Made by a program: the position numbers and the translations under genes. This document shows, piece after piece, positions 47,756-61,649 of a stretch of 64,000 nt of DNA (position 1 is its first letter; the number at the start of each line of letters is the position of its first letter). The stretch lies in NCBI GenBank assembly GCA_964016885.1, contig OZ024746.1, positions 85,870,001 to 85,934,000 of the forward strand. The letters are read 5' to 3'. The stretch is from Eledone cirrhosa. Lineage: Eukaryota. The notes below the pieces were generated by a model, which was not told the origin of the DNA, made no database searches, and saw only the letters and a list, made by a program, of their open reading frames with translations.

Positions 47756-49010
47756 TTATCTGGTTCAGTTGACGATGATTTGGAGAAATCTCTTTTACCT
47801 GTAACTGATGATCTTGACTCCAGTAAAAATGTATATGACTTTGAAGAATTTCAAGTGGGATCATCTCAAGCTTCAAGTCGAAAATCTACTTCACAGCAAA
47901 ATTCTAACAGTAAAATCCAAAGTTCAGCAGAGAAAAACTTATCTGTTAAGAAAATAGCTGCAATAAAAGCTGTTTTCAACAACAAAAAGAAAAAAGTCCC
48001 CACAGGATTAATAAAAAAGATAAAAGTGAAGACAGCCACTAAGACAGTACAGCCAAAGAGAAAAACTGCTGTGAATAAAGCTGTTCCAGTGAATGGATAT
48101 AGTCATCAAAGTGAGAAAAAACAATTTCTTGTGACTGAAAGAATGTCTATCACTCCTCTGGACCAAATACTTAATGAGGTTCCCAGTTTTAGGGAAATTG
48201 AGAAAGAAAAAGTAATGAAACACAAAGAGAATAAAATTGTGTCAAAAATTAAACCTGTTTCAAATCAGCAGGGCACAGTGGCTAACAATGCTGTACCTGG
48301 TGCCTCCATTTGGCCTTATTTAGCTGCAGTTGCCTCCAAAACGTATACACAATTGAAACGGTCACCAATGGAGGGACCATCTCCTGCTGACATTCTGAAG
48401 GTGAAACAGTCAGTAATTCCCAAATGTCTACCTCCTGTAAGAAAAACCATTTCAAAATCATCTGATAAGATGGTTGGTGCTAAGAAACCCCCCCAATCAT
48501 CTATATCAGGTTTTACTAAACAACAGATTGTTGAGTGTGATAAACTTGGATTGAAATTAAATGACCCTCCACCTATTGGAGACACTGATAATCATATTGA
48601 CCTTTTCACCTATCCTGTACTTGTCTCTAAAATTAAAAAAACAAAGACTGATAAAAATGACAAGCTAAAAGAGAACAAGGCAACTCCTTCGAAAGGTTTC
48701 ATGGATTTCTTATATGTTGGTAGTGTGGAGCGTTACTTGAAGCCCTCAAAGAAATCAGTTCTTGAAAAGGCTAACACTTCTCCCTCAGCTGTCATGCTGC
48801 CAAAATTTCTCACTGCAGACACTTCAACACCAAACTCATCTTTGGCCAACAACAACAAACCTCCTGCCAAAGGTTTTGGAATGGACTCTTTAAGTATTTC
48901 ACCTGTTAAGGATTTCCAATCACCTTCATCAATGCGCACATATGCTCATGTTTCTTCACGCCGCAGTAGTTTACAGTTACTCTGTCGATCACACATTGAT
49001 GAAATTAAAG
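47756..49010 (+). CDS. CDCA5: Sororin/Dalmatian-like protein, second coding exon
   Basis: tttttcaag| phase 0 to |gtgagg phase 1. Contains VYDFEEF, two KEN boxes and an FGF-like GFGMD. Confidence 0.8.
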
Positions 49011-50404
49011 GTGAGGATTGGTTTTTCTCTTGTTATAAGCAAATATCTAAATTTTAATATATTTATGTATGCATATATAGACTTCACTATTTATATTTTG
49101 GTATAAATATTTTACATATCAAAACAATATACTGATGTTAAATGATTTACTGTACTTAATCTTTTCACCTTCCATTGGTGGTGTCAAATTTTTGATATTA
49201 ATTTTTTCATTTTCAACCACTAAGTCAAGCTTTGCCATTTCTTGAAGGCATTTAAAATGTTTTTTTTTCTTCTTTTTTTTTAGTTTTGATTATTAATACT
49301 ATGATTTCTTTTCTATTTTGAATCTTTTAATATAATGAGTGAATTTATCTTATCCCACCGAGGTTAACTTTGCCTTTCATCCTTACGGGGATCGATAAAA
49401 TAAAGTACCAGTAATACACTGGGATATAATTGCTGGCCTTGTGCCAAAAGTAGAAACAATTAATTATAATTCTTTTTACATGTTTTTCCATGCTGACATA
49501 ACTTGAACAAGACTTTTTTGTGGGGGCAGTATTTTATGACTAGATGCCTTTCTTGTCACCTGTAACGTATTGATCTTTGCATATTGTACTTAGCTGTGGA
49601 TCATTGTTTATGTGAGACACACGTTACAGGTTGCCTGATTAATTCCTACAGTTTCCACTTAGCAATTTTATTCACAAGTCATTGGTCAACTCAACCCCAT
49701 CACCGATTTACTGCACTCTCAAACAATGATCTTTCATTATCAAGGTCTGAACTTTATTGATAACAACAGGATAATAGTAGCCTCTAAACAAGCTAGTCAC
49801 ATTCCATTGGTTTATGGTCATCTTTGAACCTGTTATACCAATTGTTTGGGTAATATTCATGGCATTGTCATCAAAATGCTTCCACTTGGCTATCTCCAAG
49901 CTTTTGGCAAAACTTGAAGTAAGACCATTGTTCCATATGTTCTATCATGAGGAGTGAAATGAAAATGTGATGAGTAAGATGTAGAGTATTTCAAATGTTG
50001 GTTACATGATAATGACAGATACAGCCAGTGAGCTTGCCAAATACCACATATATGCATGAATGAATGCAGATCCACTCTGCACACGTCTCTCTAATGTCTA
50101 TTACTTCCTTTGGAAGGAAAAATAAAGTCTAATACTTTTTCGACTGGCCTTGTATGCATATATGTAGGCATGGCAGTTCACCGAAAATGCTTAACCTTTT
50201 AGTATTTACATTACTATTGTATTTTCACAGTAAAGGCTTAATAATATCGAATCTATCAGATTTTGATATTTATATTGAGAACAATACCTTAACATCAGTA
50301 TGAGTAGAGTGTTACAGCCAGTTTGAACAGGAAGAGGTGAGATAATTCTGGCCAGATATAGCCGGTTTAAATGCTAAAGGGTTAATGTGACGAAGACATT
50401 CACT

Positions 50405-50594
50405 TAGAAGGGTTGGCCGAAAAGTTCATAGGCTGACTAAGCTACTCTCATGGAATGACCAAATGAGGTTAATTTTTCAACATAGTCCCTGGAAAGAAAC
50501 AATGTAGTTATTTAGAAGTGTTAAAATTAATGCATGCAAGATTTCACAGCCCTAGCATCACCTCTTCATAGTCAGCCTTCAGCTGACCCTCGTA
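50405..50594. mobile_element. Mariner-derived MITE
   Basis: ta-gaagggttggccgaa...ttcagctgaccctcg-ta; shares tactctcatggaatg..accaaatgagg with 32510-32550. Confidence 0.65.
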
Positions 50595-50831
50595 TGTCTT
50601 GTGTAAACAATACAATATAAAGTTTTGATGAAGATGAGAGATATATATCCTACTGATTAAACATAGGTTGTCGTTATGAAGAGTATCTAGCTGTTGAAAC
50701 ACTCCCTTAAAATGTCTTGTACTGACCTTTCCAGCATGGAAAAAGAAAAAAATGTGTAAAAAAGAGGATATATCTTTTGAAAATTATTTACATCCAACTA
50801 TTGAGTTTTTTTTTTATTGTAACTTATTCAG

Positions 50832-50923
50832 GTTATATTCCTTCCATTTTAGACAATAATGTACCACCAGTAAAGAAAAATACTCACAAGTCGAAGAAAG
50901 GAAAGAAAGAATTTGTTCAAAAG
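50832..50923 (+). CDS. CDCA5: Sororin-like protein, third coding exon (basic patch)
   Basis: ttcag| (alternative in-frame acceptor at 50853) to |gtgtgg. Encodes (G)YIPSILDNNVPPVKKNTHKSKKGKKEFVQK; phases fit both neighbours. Confidence 0.8.
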
Positions 50924-51161
50924 GTGTGGATTTGTTTAGACATTTTATCATTTTACATTGGTTTTTTGATGCTGATATGATCTGGGACACTCGGCTATTG
51001 ACTCTTGAATTAATGGTAGTATAAACATGAAAAAGAAAATGTACAAGGGAGGTAACTTTGAATAGATTTTAAATGGGTTTTCTTGAATTACAACAAATAT
51101 TTGGAAGTAAAGAAAAAAATATTACACATTTTTAGACAACCTTTTCATTTATTTATTCCAG

Positions 51162-51245
51162 AACAAGGACATGGAAAAGTGGGCTGAACGTATGAGTAAT
51201 GAGTTTGATGAAATTGAGAACTTTGAGCTAAGTATCGAGGAATAA
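51162..51245 (+). CDS. CDCA5: Sororin-like protein, last exon (sororin C-terminal domain)
   Basis: ttccag|NKDMEKWAERMSNEFDEIENFELSIEE*, matching the conserved sororin C-terminus (human ELDEWAAAMNAEFEAAEQFDLLVE) preceded by a polybasic stretch. Confidence 0.88.
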   Translation, partial: NKDMEKWAERMSNEFDEIENFELSIEE

Positions 51246-53060
51246 GCAGTATTTTAACATCATCAGTATTATTACTGGATATTTTGTTTGCACATTCATA
51301 CCTGTACATACACACATATATATATAACATGTATGTGAGTGCATGTGTGACACCACTGAAAATTTGGTTTCATCATTCACACAGCCTTTATGAATGAAAC
51401 TTTTAAACTTCCCTTAAGTTGATTTCATATGCTTGCAGCGTTGTCATTTGTTCTGTTGATGCTGGCTGAAAACTCAACTCTTGGATGAAAATTTCAGTGG
51501 ACAAAAATTTTGTTTTTTTTCTTTCCCCCAAAATTACTTTTTAATAATTATTTTGTTTATTTTTTATTTTTTGCATTGATTTGGAAAGATAAGCAAAAAA
51601 AGAGAAAAGAACCCCCACCCCCTCCAAAATATATATAGTTAACGCAGTGATGACTGAGTATTAAAAGAACAAATTTAAGATTGATATCTCATCTCACATG
51701 TAAACAAAAACATGTAGTATGTATATATATATATATATAACATATATATAACATTAAATGATGTAGTATATGTGTGTATGAGTATATATATTTATATGTA
51801 ACATAGAAATAAGGAATATATTGTATATAATAGAAATATAGAAAGAAAATGGGCTTTGTGTGTTGAAATATTCTCTCATCATGGGAAAATATAATTTCTA
51901 AAGTGGCATGTATATCATTTATTTACTCTTTCACTAGTGATTGAATATATTAAATAGGTTTTGTTTTTTTTTCTCACCCCCACAAACGATTTATAATTCA
52001 CATTTTAAAATTTCATGTATGAACTATTGATATTTTTTAAATTCTGTAATGGATTTTCAGAATCGGTAAAGTATCGGACATAATGCATTACACTATATTA
52101 GCTAGATCCGTTTTTACATTTTGAGTTCAAACCCTTTCAGGGTTGACTTACCTCTCATTCTATTAACTTTCAGCTAATAATTTGTATGAATTGTTTCCCT
52201 TGACACTGCATTATTAAGGGGAGATTACTCTTACGGCGCCGTGTTGCCCACAGCTTGTTGAAGGTTAAGTTTGATAAATTAAGTACCATTCAAATAATCT
52301 ACTTGATCATATTTGACTGTTAACACATCTAAAATTTTTAGTGTTGCAACTAAGCAAAATTTTTAATTAATTTTCATCTAAATCCCATTCATGGTCGTAG
52401 TTGTCGGTTTCATTCTGCCTTGACTGGATGGCACAGTGTGTTCCTGAGCAAGAAGACACTTCATTTCATGCTGCTTTTCATGATAGGACTGGTGATCATC
52501 AAATTACTCGAGACACATTTGATACAATACCTTATCAGAGGCCAGTTTAACCTACATAAAACTCATAAAGCATTAAATCAGAATATTTACTAGCCAAATC
52601 CAGCATTCATTTAAACTAAGTCAAATTCAGTTATATCATATATTTAAAAAAACATGATGTATGAGGTCCTCTTATGGAATGTTTTGATATTTAGTATTGC
52701 ATTATATGAGCCCAAGCATATCCATGTGGTTAAGTTATTTTGTAATCACATGAATCATCTTAAGTGTCTTCAATCCTGGCTTTAAAGCCAAGTGTGAAAT
52801 TGGTTAGATGGAAACTATAGAAGCCTGTTAACCCATGAGTAGGGTTTTTTGTTTTAATTTCCATCCATAGGTGCATGGCCAAGTGGTTAATGTGTTGGAC
52901 TAAAGGCTGCATGTTTGGTTCTTGAACTGGATGGCATGTGTTCTTGAGCAAGGCATCATTTCATATTGCTTTCATAATAGGTGTGTGACTCCTATGGGAA
53001 ACTTCCTACAAGATGCAACCTGCATAGATGTAAGCTGTAACAATATCCCCATCCCCACTG

Positions 53061-53098
<38 letters not shown>

Positions 53099-53674
53099 AC
53101 TAAAATGCTGAATTTGTATATTCTTTAGTTTCAACTGAAAATCCATGAAATTTATCCATGTTTTGCAATTCTGTTCAAAGAATTTTTTTACTATCTGAGT
53201 ATGTAATATTTTGTTATGGTTTTTTTTTTGAGTTAATTATTATTAAAGCATTTTACATAATCTGCAATTATACAGTTTTAATATTAACTTTCTAGCAGAC
53301 ACTGGTACATAAGTGTACTTACATACATACACATATACACACACACACACACACAGATATATATTGTCAAAGCATTGTATTTGTTCCAGGTATCTTCTCT
53401 TACAGTTCAAGTCTAATTGAAGTCTATATAGATTTATTAAATAATTCCCATAACATTGTGTGTTACTTGAGGTGGTACCAATATAAGCACTCAATACTAA
53501 GGTTGTGTATATATTAACTATAACAAGATGAAAGTTTATATTAGTGTTTTTATTGATTGCCAACCAGTTACGTACATTTCACAGATGATTGGCTATTTGT
53601 GTTATAGACCCAACTCTAGCATCAATCTGCTCAACAGACTTGTTAATCAAGCTAAAAACTATATCATATCATTT

Positions 53675-54540
53675 TACATCCTTTGTTCTAAGCTTGCATG
53701 GGTTGAATGGGACCTTCTCAGTACAGCATCTCTCCACTTGTCGCATTCTTTTTTTTTCATCTTCTTTATCAGATTGAACAATTTAAGATCAGCTCTGACC
53801 ACTTCCATGCAGGTCTTTCTTTGTTTTCTACTGCGACTTCTTCCACTGGGATTACTTGGCACTTATTCACCCAACAATCATCATCCATGCCCATCACATG
53901 TCCATACCGATGCAGTCTCCTCTCCTGCGCACTACATCTGATTTTTATGGTTCTTGTGAAATGGATATGACTTGTTAGGCCTGCGAGTGACTTAGTGTTT
54001 TGCATTTCCAGCTTCAAATTCTCCATTTGGAAGTGGACTATCCTTCTGATGTTAGAGGGGAGCATTGTCATTAATCAAGTAGTGGTCATCGACTTTGGTT
54101 GGCACGAGAACCCTAGTGATTGATCTGCAATGTTTAGGGCAGAGCTGATTTTCTTTGTATGTGATGATCTGCTCCACACAGGTGAGGATTATTATGGGGT
54201 AGCAAAGGGCATGGGCTATGGTAGGGATTGTACCGGCATGGACACCCCATTTGGTATTAGCCAGCTTCTTTAGGATGTTATTTCTTATTCTGACCTTGGC
54301 TTTAGTCTTTGCAATATGGTTTTTGTATGTAAGGGACTGGTCCAAAGTGACCCCAAAGTAGATAGGATTGGAAGTGTACTCTAACCGTTTTCCAGTTCAT
54401 CTTGAGATGGTGGTTAGGTTCTCTGTTCCATAGGTGGAAGGCACTGATTTGGGTCTTGTCAGGGTTGTCTTGAAGGTGGTTGACAGCATAGTATGGGATA
54501 AAGCTGCCCAGTCCATGAAGAGTGTTCATTTTCATCGAGT
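53675..54540 (-). mobile_element. Decayed non-LTR retrotransposon fragments (RTE 3' end plus a second RT thumb region)
   Basis: RYGHVMGMDDD; NPDKTQISAFHL...DQSLTYKNHIAKTKAKVRIRNNILKKLANTKWG. Confidence 0.75.
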
Positions 54541-54899
54541 CACCTATTAAGGTTAAAGTCAGCCATTCACATGATTCAAAATTCCTTTGATATCAAGTAA
54601 TTCCTGTCAGTGAAGCTTTTTTTGTGATGAAAGGCCCTGCACTGGATCAATTACACCCATTGATCAACAACAGCTATAATCCGAAAATAATAGATTGGTT
54701 ACTATTGATCCACAGGTTTTACATCAGTTTCCCTTCACCTAGAGAGATATCCTAACGAGGATCAGGGTTTGCCCACACCATTAGGCTTACCACACACTGA
54801 CACCAACCTGAGTATTTCTGTCAATCATCATCATCATCATCTTCGTTTAACGTCCATCTTCCACGCTAGCATGGGTTAAATGTATACATGTTCTCTGTG

Positions 54900-56386
54900 T
54901 ACTCTTTCACTGCCCTTGGATATGGTACAATTCGGCATTCCTTGGTCTTTTATTTTGCCGGATACTTGTTAAATCATTGAGACTAGAATTTGTTGTCAGC
55001 CGTGTCGCAGTCCTCTTATGCCAAGCTGCTGCCACTAGGTTCCCTCTTTGCCTCTGTATTGTGTCACCTTATTTCTTCAATTTTGCTGAGGTAACAGTTT
55101 TTTGCATGTTTTTCCTATTTTTGCATATTCTGCTGCAAGCATAGGTCATATTCTTTAAAAGTTCCTCAGAGTTTGACTGAGGAGAAAAATTATCACAATA
55201 CACGTGATTTTCCCCCCATATCTCCTTTGTGAGATTCTTAACTTTTTCGCCAAGTCCTTGTTCTGTTTGATTTGGGTTTTTCCCTATGTAAATTTGGAAG
55301 TTGTTTACATAGCCATTATGTGGATCAGCCTACATCTACACTTTGATCTCAAACTTTGTAGACTTCAGTGGAAGATATTTTGAAGCCTAGTCATCCAGTG
55401 AAAGCAATCATGCCTTCATCAATTGATGTTTCATAGTGTGGACTGTACTGTGACTTCAAGTTCCTATATATCCTTTCAATAAATGGCTTAGCATGGGCAA
55501 GTTTCTAGTGGTCAGGGTGTCATCTGAAATATGGAAATATTGGTTTAGTTTGTCCTGTCTGTCTCTTGTAATCAATTATCTGATCCCTGCTGACCAGAAT
55601 AGATTATCTTTTTAAAAAATACATGTTATGATTAGAGACAAAAATAAATCCCACGTCTATCTGAAACAATATAAGCCCTCATTTCTGAAGCAATTGTGTT
55701 TCGCCATTTCTGATCAGGGCTTTTCATTTCAGTATATGTTTGTTTCAATCATCAGCAAATTGAACAAATCCTTATTAAATATTTGAAAGAAGAAAAAACT
55801 AGTTCTTTCTTCTCAGCAAATATTTACTGATCCAGGTTTTCCTCTGAATGCATCAACACCGACTTCAGAGAATCAATCACTCCATTCCAATGTGGGTATG
55901 CTATTATCTTCATTTTCACTTGAATTCATTAATATATCACTGGAGTCAGATTCTGACATGAAATCAATGTCTGATAAATTCTGTTCATTTTCAATAAAAG
56001 AATCCTATTTGTTTTGGGCTTCAACCAAATCAGTTTCAGTAAAACCTTCAAAAAGAATTTTATTTTCACCTCCTGACTCCATATTGGTTGATATAAAATA
56101 TTATTAAAATGTGTTGCTATCTTGCTCTCTCTCTCAAAAAGAGAGCGATTAATTGCAATATGCCCTTATATTAAAAAAATAAAACACTGCCTGATAGGTT
56201 TAAGCTAAAAATAGTTTCTTAATTCATCCAATCACTGAGTATTTTACATTAGAGTCTACTACATTAGACCACTACTACAGTTGTGGTTTGGCTACAAATT
56301 GAAATGTAAACAAGTTTTCTTGGGCTTCGATTTTCATTGACATTTTAATGTCATGACTAGAGTCATAGTTAGGGGGCAAGGGGTTA
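54900..56386 (-). mobile_element. Decayed piggyBac transposon
   Basis: TTAA-CCCCTTG end at 56386; acidic N-terminus; remnants PFIERIYRNLKSQYSPHYETSIDEGMIAF and HVYCDNF. Confidence 0.75.
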
Positions 56387-56449
56387 AACATTGAAACTAA
56401 GACATATGACTCCAAATATAGCTTAGTGCTCAATGTTGTAGTTTGAAAG

Positions 56450-57540
56450 TGATTGGATCTACCTTGTGTCTCCAGTTTGTTTCAGACCGAATTGTACCCT
56501 GCGCCGACATCCACATGATTTACGTCTGACTGAGGATGACAGAACCACTCTCGCTTACTTTTGCAAACACCTCCACAGTCGGTCATGATCTGATGAAAAA
56601 GAGGCAGTCAATAGGTCCCCGAACCCTGATGTGATGTCAGTTATCCTTCACTTCCAGTAAGACCCCAACCTCCGGCAGTCCCATCTTGGCAGCTCCACAT
56701 GCCTCCTCTGATCTCAAGGATCAATCACCCCATGATATTACTCCATGTCAAACTCCAACATCCATATGGGTGGATGGCGTTCCTGTGATCGCCACACGTT
56801 TCGGGAATTTAGAGCTGTTACCGTTCCCTTTCCTCACTGAGATGTGCAATGCGCATTCATATGAATGCATTCTCTCTCTTTGCTGCAGGGTGTTGTAATA
56901 ATGTGCACGGATGTTGCCATTCGTATATATGTATATCGCCCTATGTGGTACTGACTCTGAGGAGACATCTTGTACCAGAACACCACCTCCATTGAGGAAA
57001 TGTCCCCTTTCCTTCTGCTCTGACCTTGATCGTGTGATGGTGTCTTTCCACGATCCCATTTCCGCTTAGCCTGTAGGCCATGAAGAAGTGGCTCAAATTC
57101 CACTTGCTAAGCATCTGTCGACTGCCATGGGTTCCCGTCACTGCTAACGTTGCAACATTTCTCTCAGTGCCCTGTGTCACTACGCGGACCTGTGCGATTA
57201 GTTTGCTCATGATCATTTTTCTGTTGCCCAGAAATTGTTAGAACCTCACCAAAATCTCATTGGGGAATCCGTTCACAAACGCCATCTGCACAACCACCCT
57301 TTCAAGGTTTTGCCCTGTCAACTCTGCTAGCGTAGCGAACTGCCATATTTTTGCTGCAAATACGTCTGGTGGGCAGCACGAGAGGCTCGCAGGCGAAGAT
57401 CACAAAAAGAAGTGTTATTGCCTTTGAGCCTCAAAGTTAGGGAGGGGTCTGATATCTCTCTCTCTCGCAGTCGGATTCCCTACCAATGGGATCCTGAGTA
57501 CGAGGGGCGCAAAACTGAATATGTATAACTAAATTTTTCA
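56450..57540 (-). mobile_element. Decayed Ty3/Gypsy LTR-retrotransposon internal fragment
   Basis: AYRLSGNGIVERHHHTIK (integrase core) and a gag-like AFVNGFPNEI. Confidence 0.65.
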
Positions 57541-58569
57541 TTGGTAGAACATGGAAATGTATGTAAACAAGATGCAGGACCCCGGCCCGCCTGAGCAGTT
57601 GGTAGAAGCAAGGTATAGGCACAGCCATGGACCTTTTAATAGATGAAGTAGCTCTGCTTGAGTACTGTCTTGTTCTGTGATGATCCAGCCAACCTTTGCT
57701 AGCAGCAAAAATGGATGTGAAATGATGTCTGAAAATAAACACTTGAGTTTTATATTGTAGAACCAGGGGTGGTTTCAAGTGGGATGTTATCAAAAGGGTT
57801 AAGAAATATTTCCTAGTGTACAGTGGATTTTTAAATTAATTAATTTATTTTTTGTTAGAACCCAGCCCACACTGTAAAGTGGACGTGTAAAAGACGGAAA
57901 AAAGCACCCAGCACACACTGTCTATGTGGTTGGCGTTAGGAAGGGCATCCAGCTGTAGAAAACCAGCTAGAAACTCTCCTATATGAGCGAGACATGGTCA
58001 CCCGACCCAACTTGCCTCTAGTTAGGACAAACCCGTCTAACCCATGCTAGCGTGGAAGATAGACGTTAATTGATGATGATGATGATGAAAAACTTTCATT
58101 TAGTTCATGTGACACAGTATAAAAGAGCAAATTCAGGACAGACTTTTCTAAATCACTTTATTATAAGCTGAATTGTTTTTTCTCTTTTCAGTTTTATTGC
58201 TACCAACTGTATACTTTTCGAATTATAAATAAATCAACCTTCGACATAATTTTCTTCATGTTTTATTTCTATTTTTAGTACTTGTGATATCTATTCATTT
58301 ATAATATTGAAACCATGCAAACAAAACAGTTTTACAATACAGCACAGTTTTGTTTTATTATTATCTAAGAAATCATAGTATGCTACATTAATGTTATCCA
58401 AATTCTACTACTGACAGTTGATTGTCATATATAGTTCAATGTTTTATGCTTCATTCATTTCATATACCATTTCCTATCTACCTCTAGTAACTGGTTGAAT
58501 TATTGTGAATAAGACTAAATAAGGGTAATAATTAATAAAATACTGGCAAATGACTAATCATTTTTATAT

Positions 58570-58752
58570 CAGTGGAAGGAAAACGTAGTAGAGGAAGACA
58601 ACGAAAATCATGGGCAGAGGGGGGTGCGAGCTGACCTCAGATCGCTGAAGCTCACAGGAGATGAGGGACCGTAACGAATGGAGAGATGCTGTGCTGAATA
58701 GGACCCGTCCCACCCTTGCAAGCAGAGAAAAGCGGATGTAAAATGATGATGA
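58570..58752 (+). mobile_element. RTE 3' fragment
   Basis: Homologous to the 3' end of the 23071 element; (TGA)n tail. Confidence 0.75.
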
Positions 58753-58959
58753 TATCAACTTGCCCCAAACTGCCTCTGGTTGTATGAAACAAAGTTACCC
58801 AATTTAAAGCGTTCTCATTGAAATAAAAACCTTTCAACATATTCTTTTTTATAAGAACCTTTTGCAAATAAAATCCTTAAAAAAATATTTTTCTGTTCGC
58901 CTTCTTCATTCATATTCTTAATTATGTTGATCAATAGCAACATATAACAGTTTATATGG

Positions 58960-59200
58960 TGCTTTCTTCATTAGTATTTGTATAACGGACAAAACGGAAA
59001 AAGCGTTACCGTGGAGAATGGCTTGAGAAACCCGCTGCAACAGCCACTCCACCTCACGGGGCTGCCGTCTTTCCAAGATTACAGAGGAAATCAACAGTCC
59101 GGGGCCCAAGGACACCAGATGTCTTGACGGAGACCGTGCAAAGAGAAAGCTGGGGAACAGTATGTGCGAAATGACACTGGTGTTCTTAGCAATACTCTAA
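58960..59200 (-). mobile_element. CRE-like non-LTR C-terminal fragment
   Basis: WLLQRVSQAILHGNAFSVL resembles the QRIS..IQRGNA C-terminal motif of restriction-like-endonuclease elements. Confidence 0.6.
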
Positions 59201-59954
59201 TGTGTTATCTTCCGGACCCATAACTACTTTGATATCTTTTGTCAAGTTAGACTATAACCGCAAAGCACTTTACGAGATTATCACACCAATAACCCGGAGT
59301 CTCTGCAGTGTAGGTATGAAGAGTAGCCGCCCCTCAATGACCGAAGTCATCATCAGTTGCTTCCCCTGACAACACTGTTGTCTAAACTAGTAACATCGGT
59401 ATTTCTGGTTTGCTGCATTTTCGACCAACTGATACGGATTGAACAATAACAATCGTGTTAGCAATTGCTCTACCAACACACCACTTCGTTTATCAAATAA
59501 AACACGTATGTACGTAGGTATGTATAGTAATTTTGTTGACAATTGGAGGAGGCACCAATGTGAGCACTCGGTACTATAGCAGTGTGTGTGTATGTATATA
59601 TATATGTATGTATTATTTGGTGGGTCATCATGTTGCCAATATTACTAATACACACACTATTTGATTTTCACTTCAGTTAAACCATTAGTTTTTAGGTTAA
59701 TTCGTCACACATTCTGTGACCACCTCAATGACTATTTGTTTTCTTCTGTGCTTCATCTTCTTTCTGATCTTATACACACACACACACACACATATAACTT
59801 GCCGCCGATGTTAGCTTTGCCTTTCCTCCTTACTGGGTCGATAAAATAAAGTACCAGTAATGTACTGGGGGCCGATTTCAGCGACCCCCCCCCCCCGCCT
59901 CACCAAAAATAAAAATTGTTGGCCTTGTCCCTAAATAAGAAACCATTACACACA

Positions 59955-59998
<44 letters not shown>

Positions 59999-59999
59999 T

Positions 60000-60042
<43 letters not shown>

Positions 60043-60791
60043 CAAAGCGGATAGAATGTTACGTGGGAGATATTGCTGCTATTTCTAGCCACTCAATCTG
60101 CCTCATGAAGGTTCATTTCTTGTTTATTTTTGTAATATTGATTTCTCTAATTGGCAGAAGACCACATATTTTAGTTGTATTGGTTATTGGTCCAAATAAC
60201 ACATCGCAATAGTAACTACACATTAACACACTGCGATAGTATCAACCTATCACTAGAACTCATTTGGTTAATTTTACGAACGCGTATTGCTAATTGTTAA
60301 TTACATTCGTAAAAATTGTCTCATTTAATTATGGATTAAATACAGCCAACTAAAATTACGAAAGTGCAGTTTGCCCAATTTAAATTAAATGTATTTTATC
60401 TTTCACAGGAATTTACCAGTTTAACCCAAGTCTAAAGTCTAAAAGCTGTCTCGAGAGTACAAAGACTCCCCCTAGACATAACACCAGCCCATCGCAGGGT
60501 TAAACTCCTAGCTATTGCTGGTATCATTTTCAGCTGAGTATACTGGAGCAGCGTAAAATGAAGTGTTTTACTGAAGAACACAACACACAACCGAGTCCAG
60601 GAATCGACCCAATTACGCCCTTACTACTTGGCTACGCGCCTTGACAAGGGAGGTAACTTTACTTGAAAAATCATTATGTAATGGGAGATAATCTTAGTGT
60701 AACATTGCTGAGTTCAGTTTCATTTAATTACATCTGAGAAATCATGCAAAATATGGAACGTGTAAACAAGATGGGTGCATTCGACCTGTCG

Positions 60792-60852
<61 letters not shown>

Positions 60853-60879
60853 CTCTCTCTCTCTCACTATATATATATA

Positions 60880-60987
60880 GTAGAAGTAGTAACACAACAG
60901 TTAGTTCACCATACCGAGAAACAATTGTTTCACCTTATGGCAATTGTTCTTGGTATGGCGAACTAACTGTTGTGTTACTACTTCTAC
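60880..60987. mobile_element. 108-bp hairpin MITE
   Basis: gtagaagtagtaacacaacagttagttc pairs perfectly with gaactaactgttgtgttactacttctac; pairing continues imperfectly inward. Confidence 0.75.
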
Positions 60988-61046
60988 CAAACTCGTCCCA
61001 TGGACTGAGTGCTCTACCACTACGGATATTACCTTCCATTGTTCTA

Positions 61047-61166
<120 letters not shown>

Positions 61167-61258
61167 ACAAAGGAATTGTGGTAAGGAACCAGATGGACCA
61201 TAACGCACCAGAGAACTCAATAATTAGGGAAGTACAGTGGGTAATAGGAAAAAGTATG

Positions 61259-61354
61259 ACCCCGACGGCAGAGCTCAAGCCGTTTCAACGGCTATTTCTG
61301 GACTAAATTAGAATTTTTAGCCTGGTAAATAAATAGCCGAACTTGTCAAGGGGT
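61259..61354 (-). ncRNA. Extended type I hammerhead fold with a decayed core
   Basis: ACCCC-TTGACAA-gtt-CGGCTATTT...AAATAGCCG-tt-GAA-ACGGC-ttgagctct-GCCGT-C-GGGGT; all three stems pair. Confidence 0.65.
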
Positions 61355-61400
61355 ACTTCCTTATATGGGAAGATTGTAGTTGTCGAGAAGATTGGTCAAA

Positions 61401-61466
<66 letters not shown>

Positions 61467-61649
61467 ATATTTGGGGAGGGTCATATTTGCGTAATATTGC
61501 CAGAATTAATAACAGAACACACTCACTGTTTGGTTGGTTTTCGCTTCTCGCTGTCTTTTATATCTGCGATCTAACTTATTCGGTCCTCAATGTTGCCATT
61601 GACTGACCGGCGGTCAAAGATAATACAGATACAATATAGACACAAACAC

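Noticed and set aside
59325-59360. CTGATGA followed by a UUCG hairpin on the minus strand
   Set aside because: It lacks GAAA and stem III.
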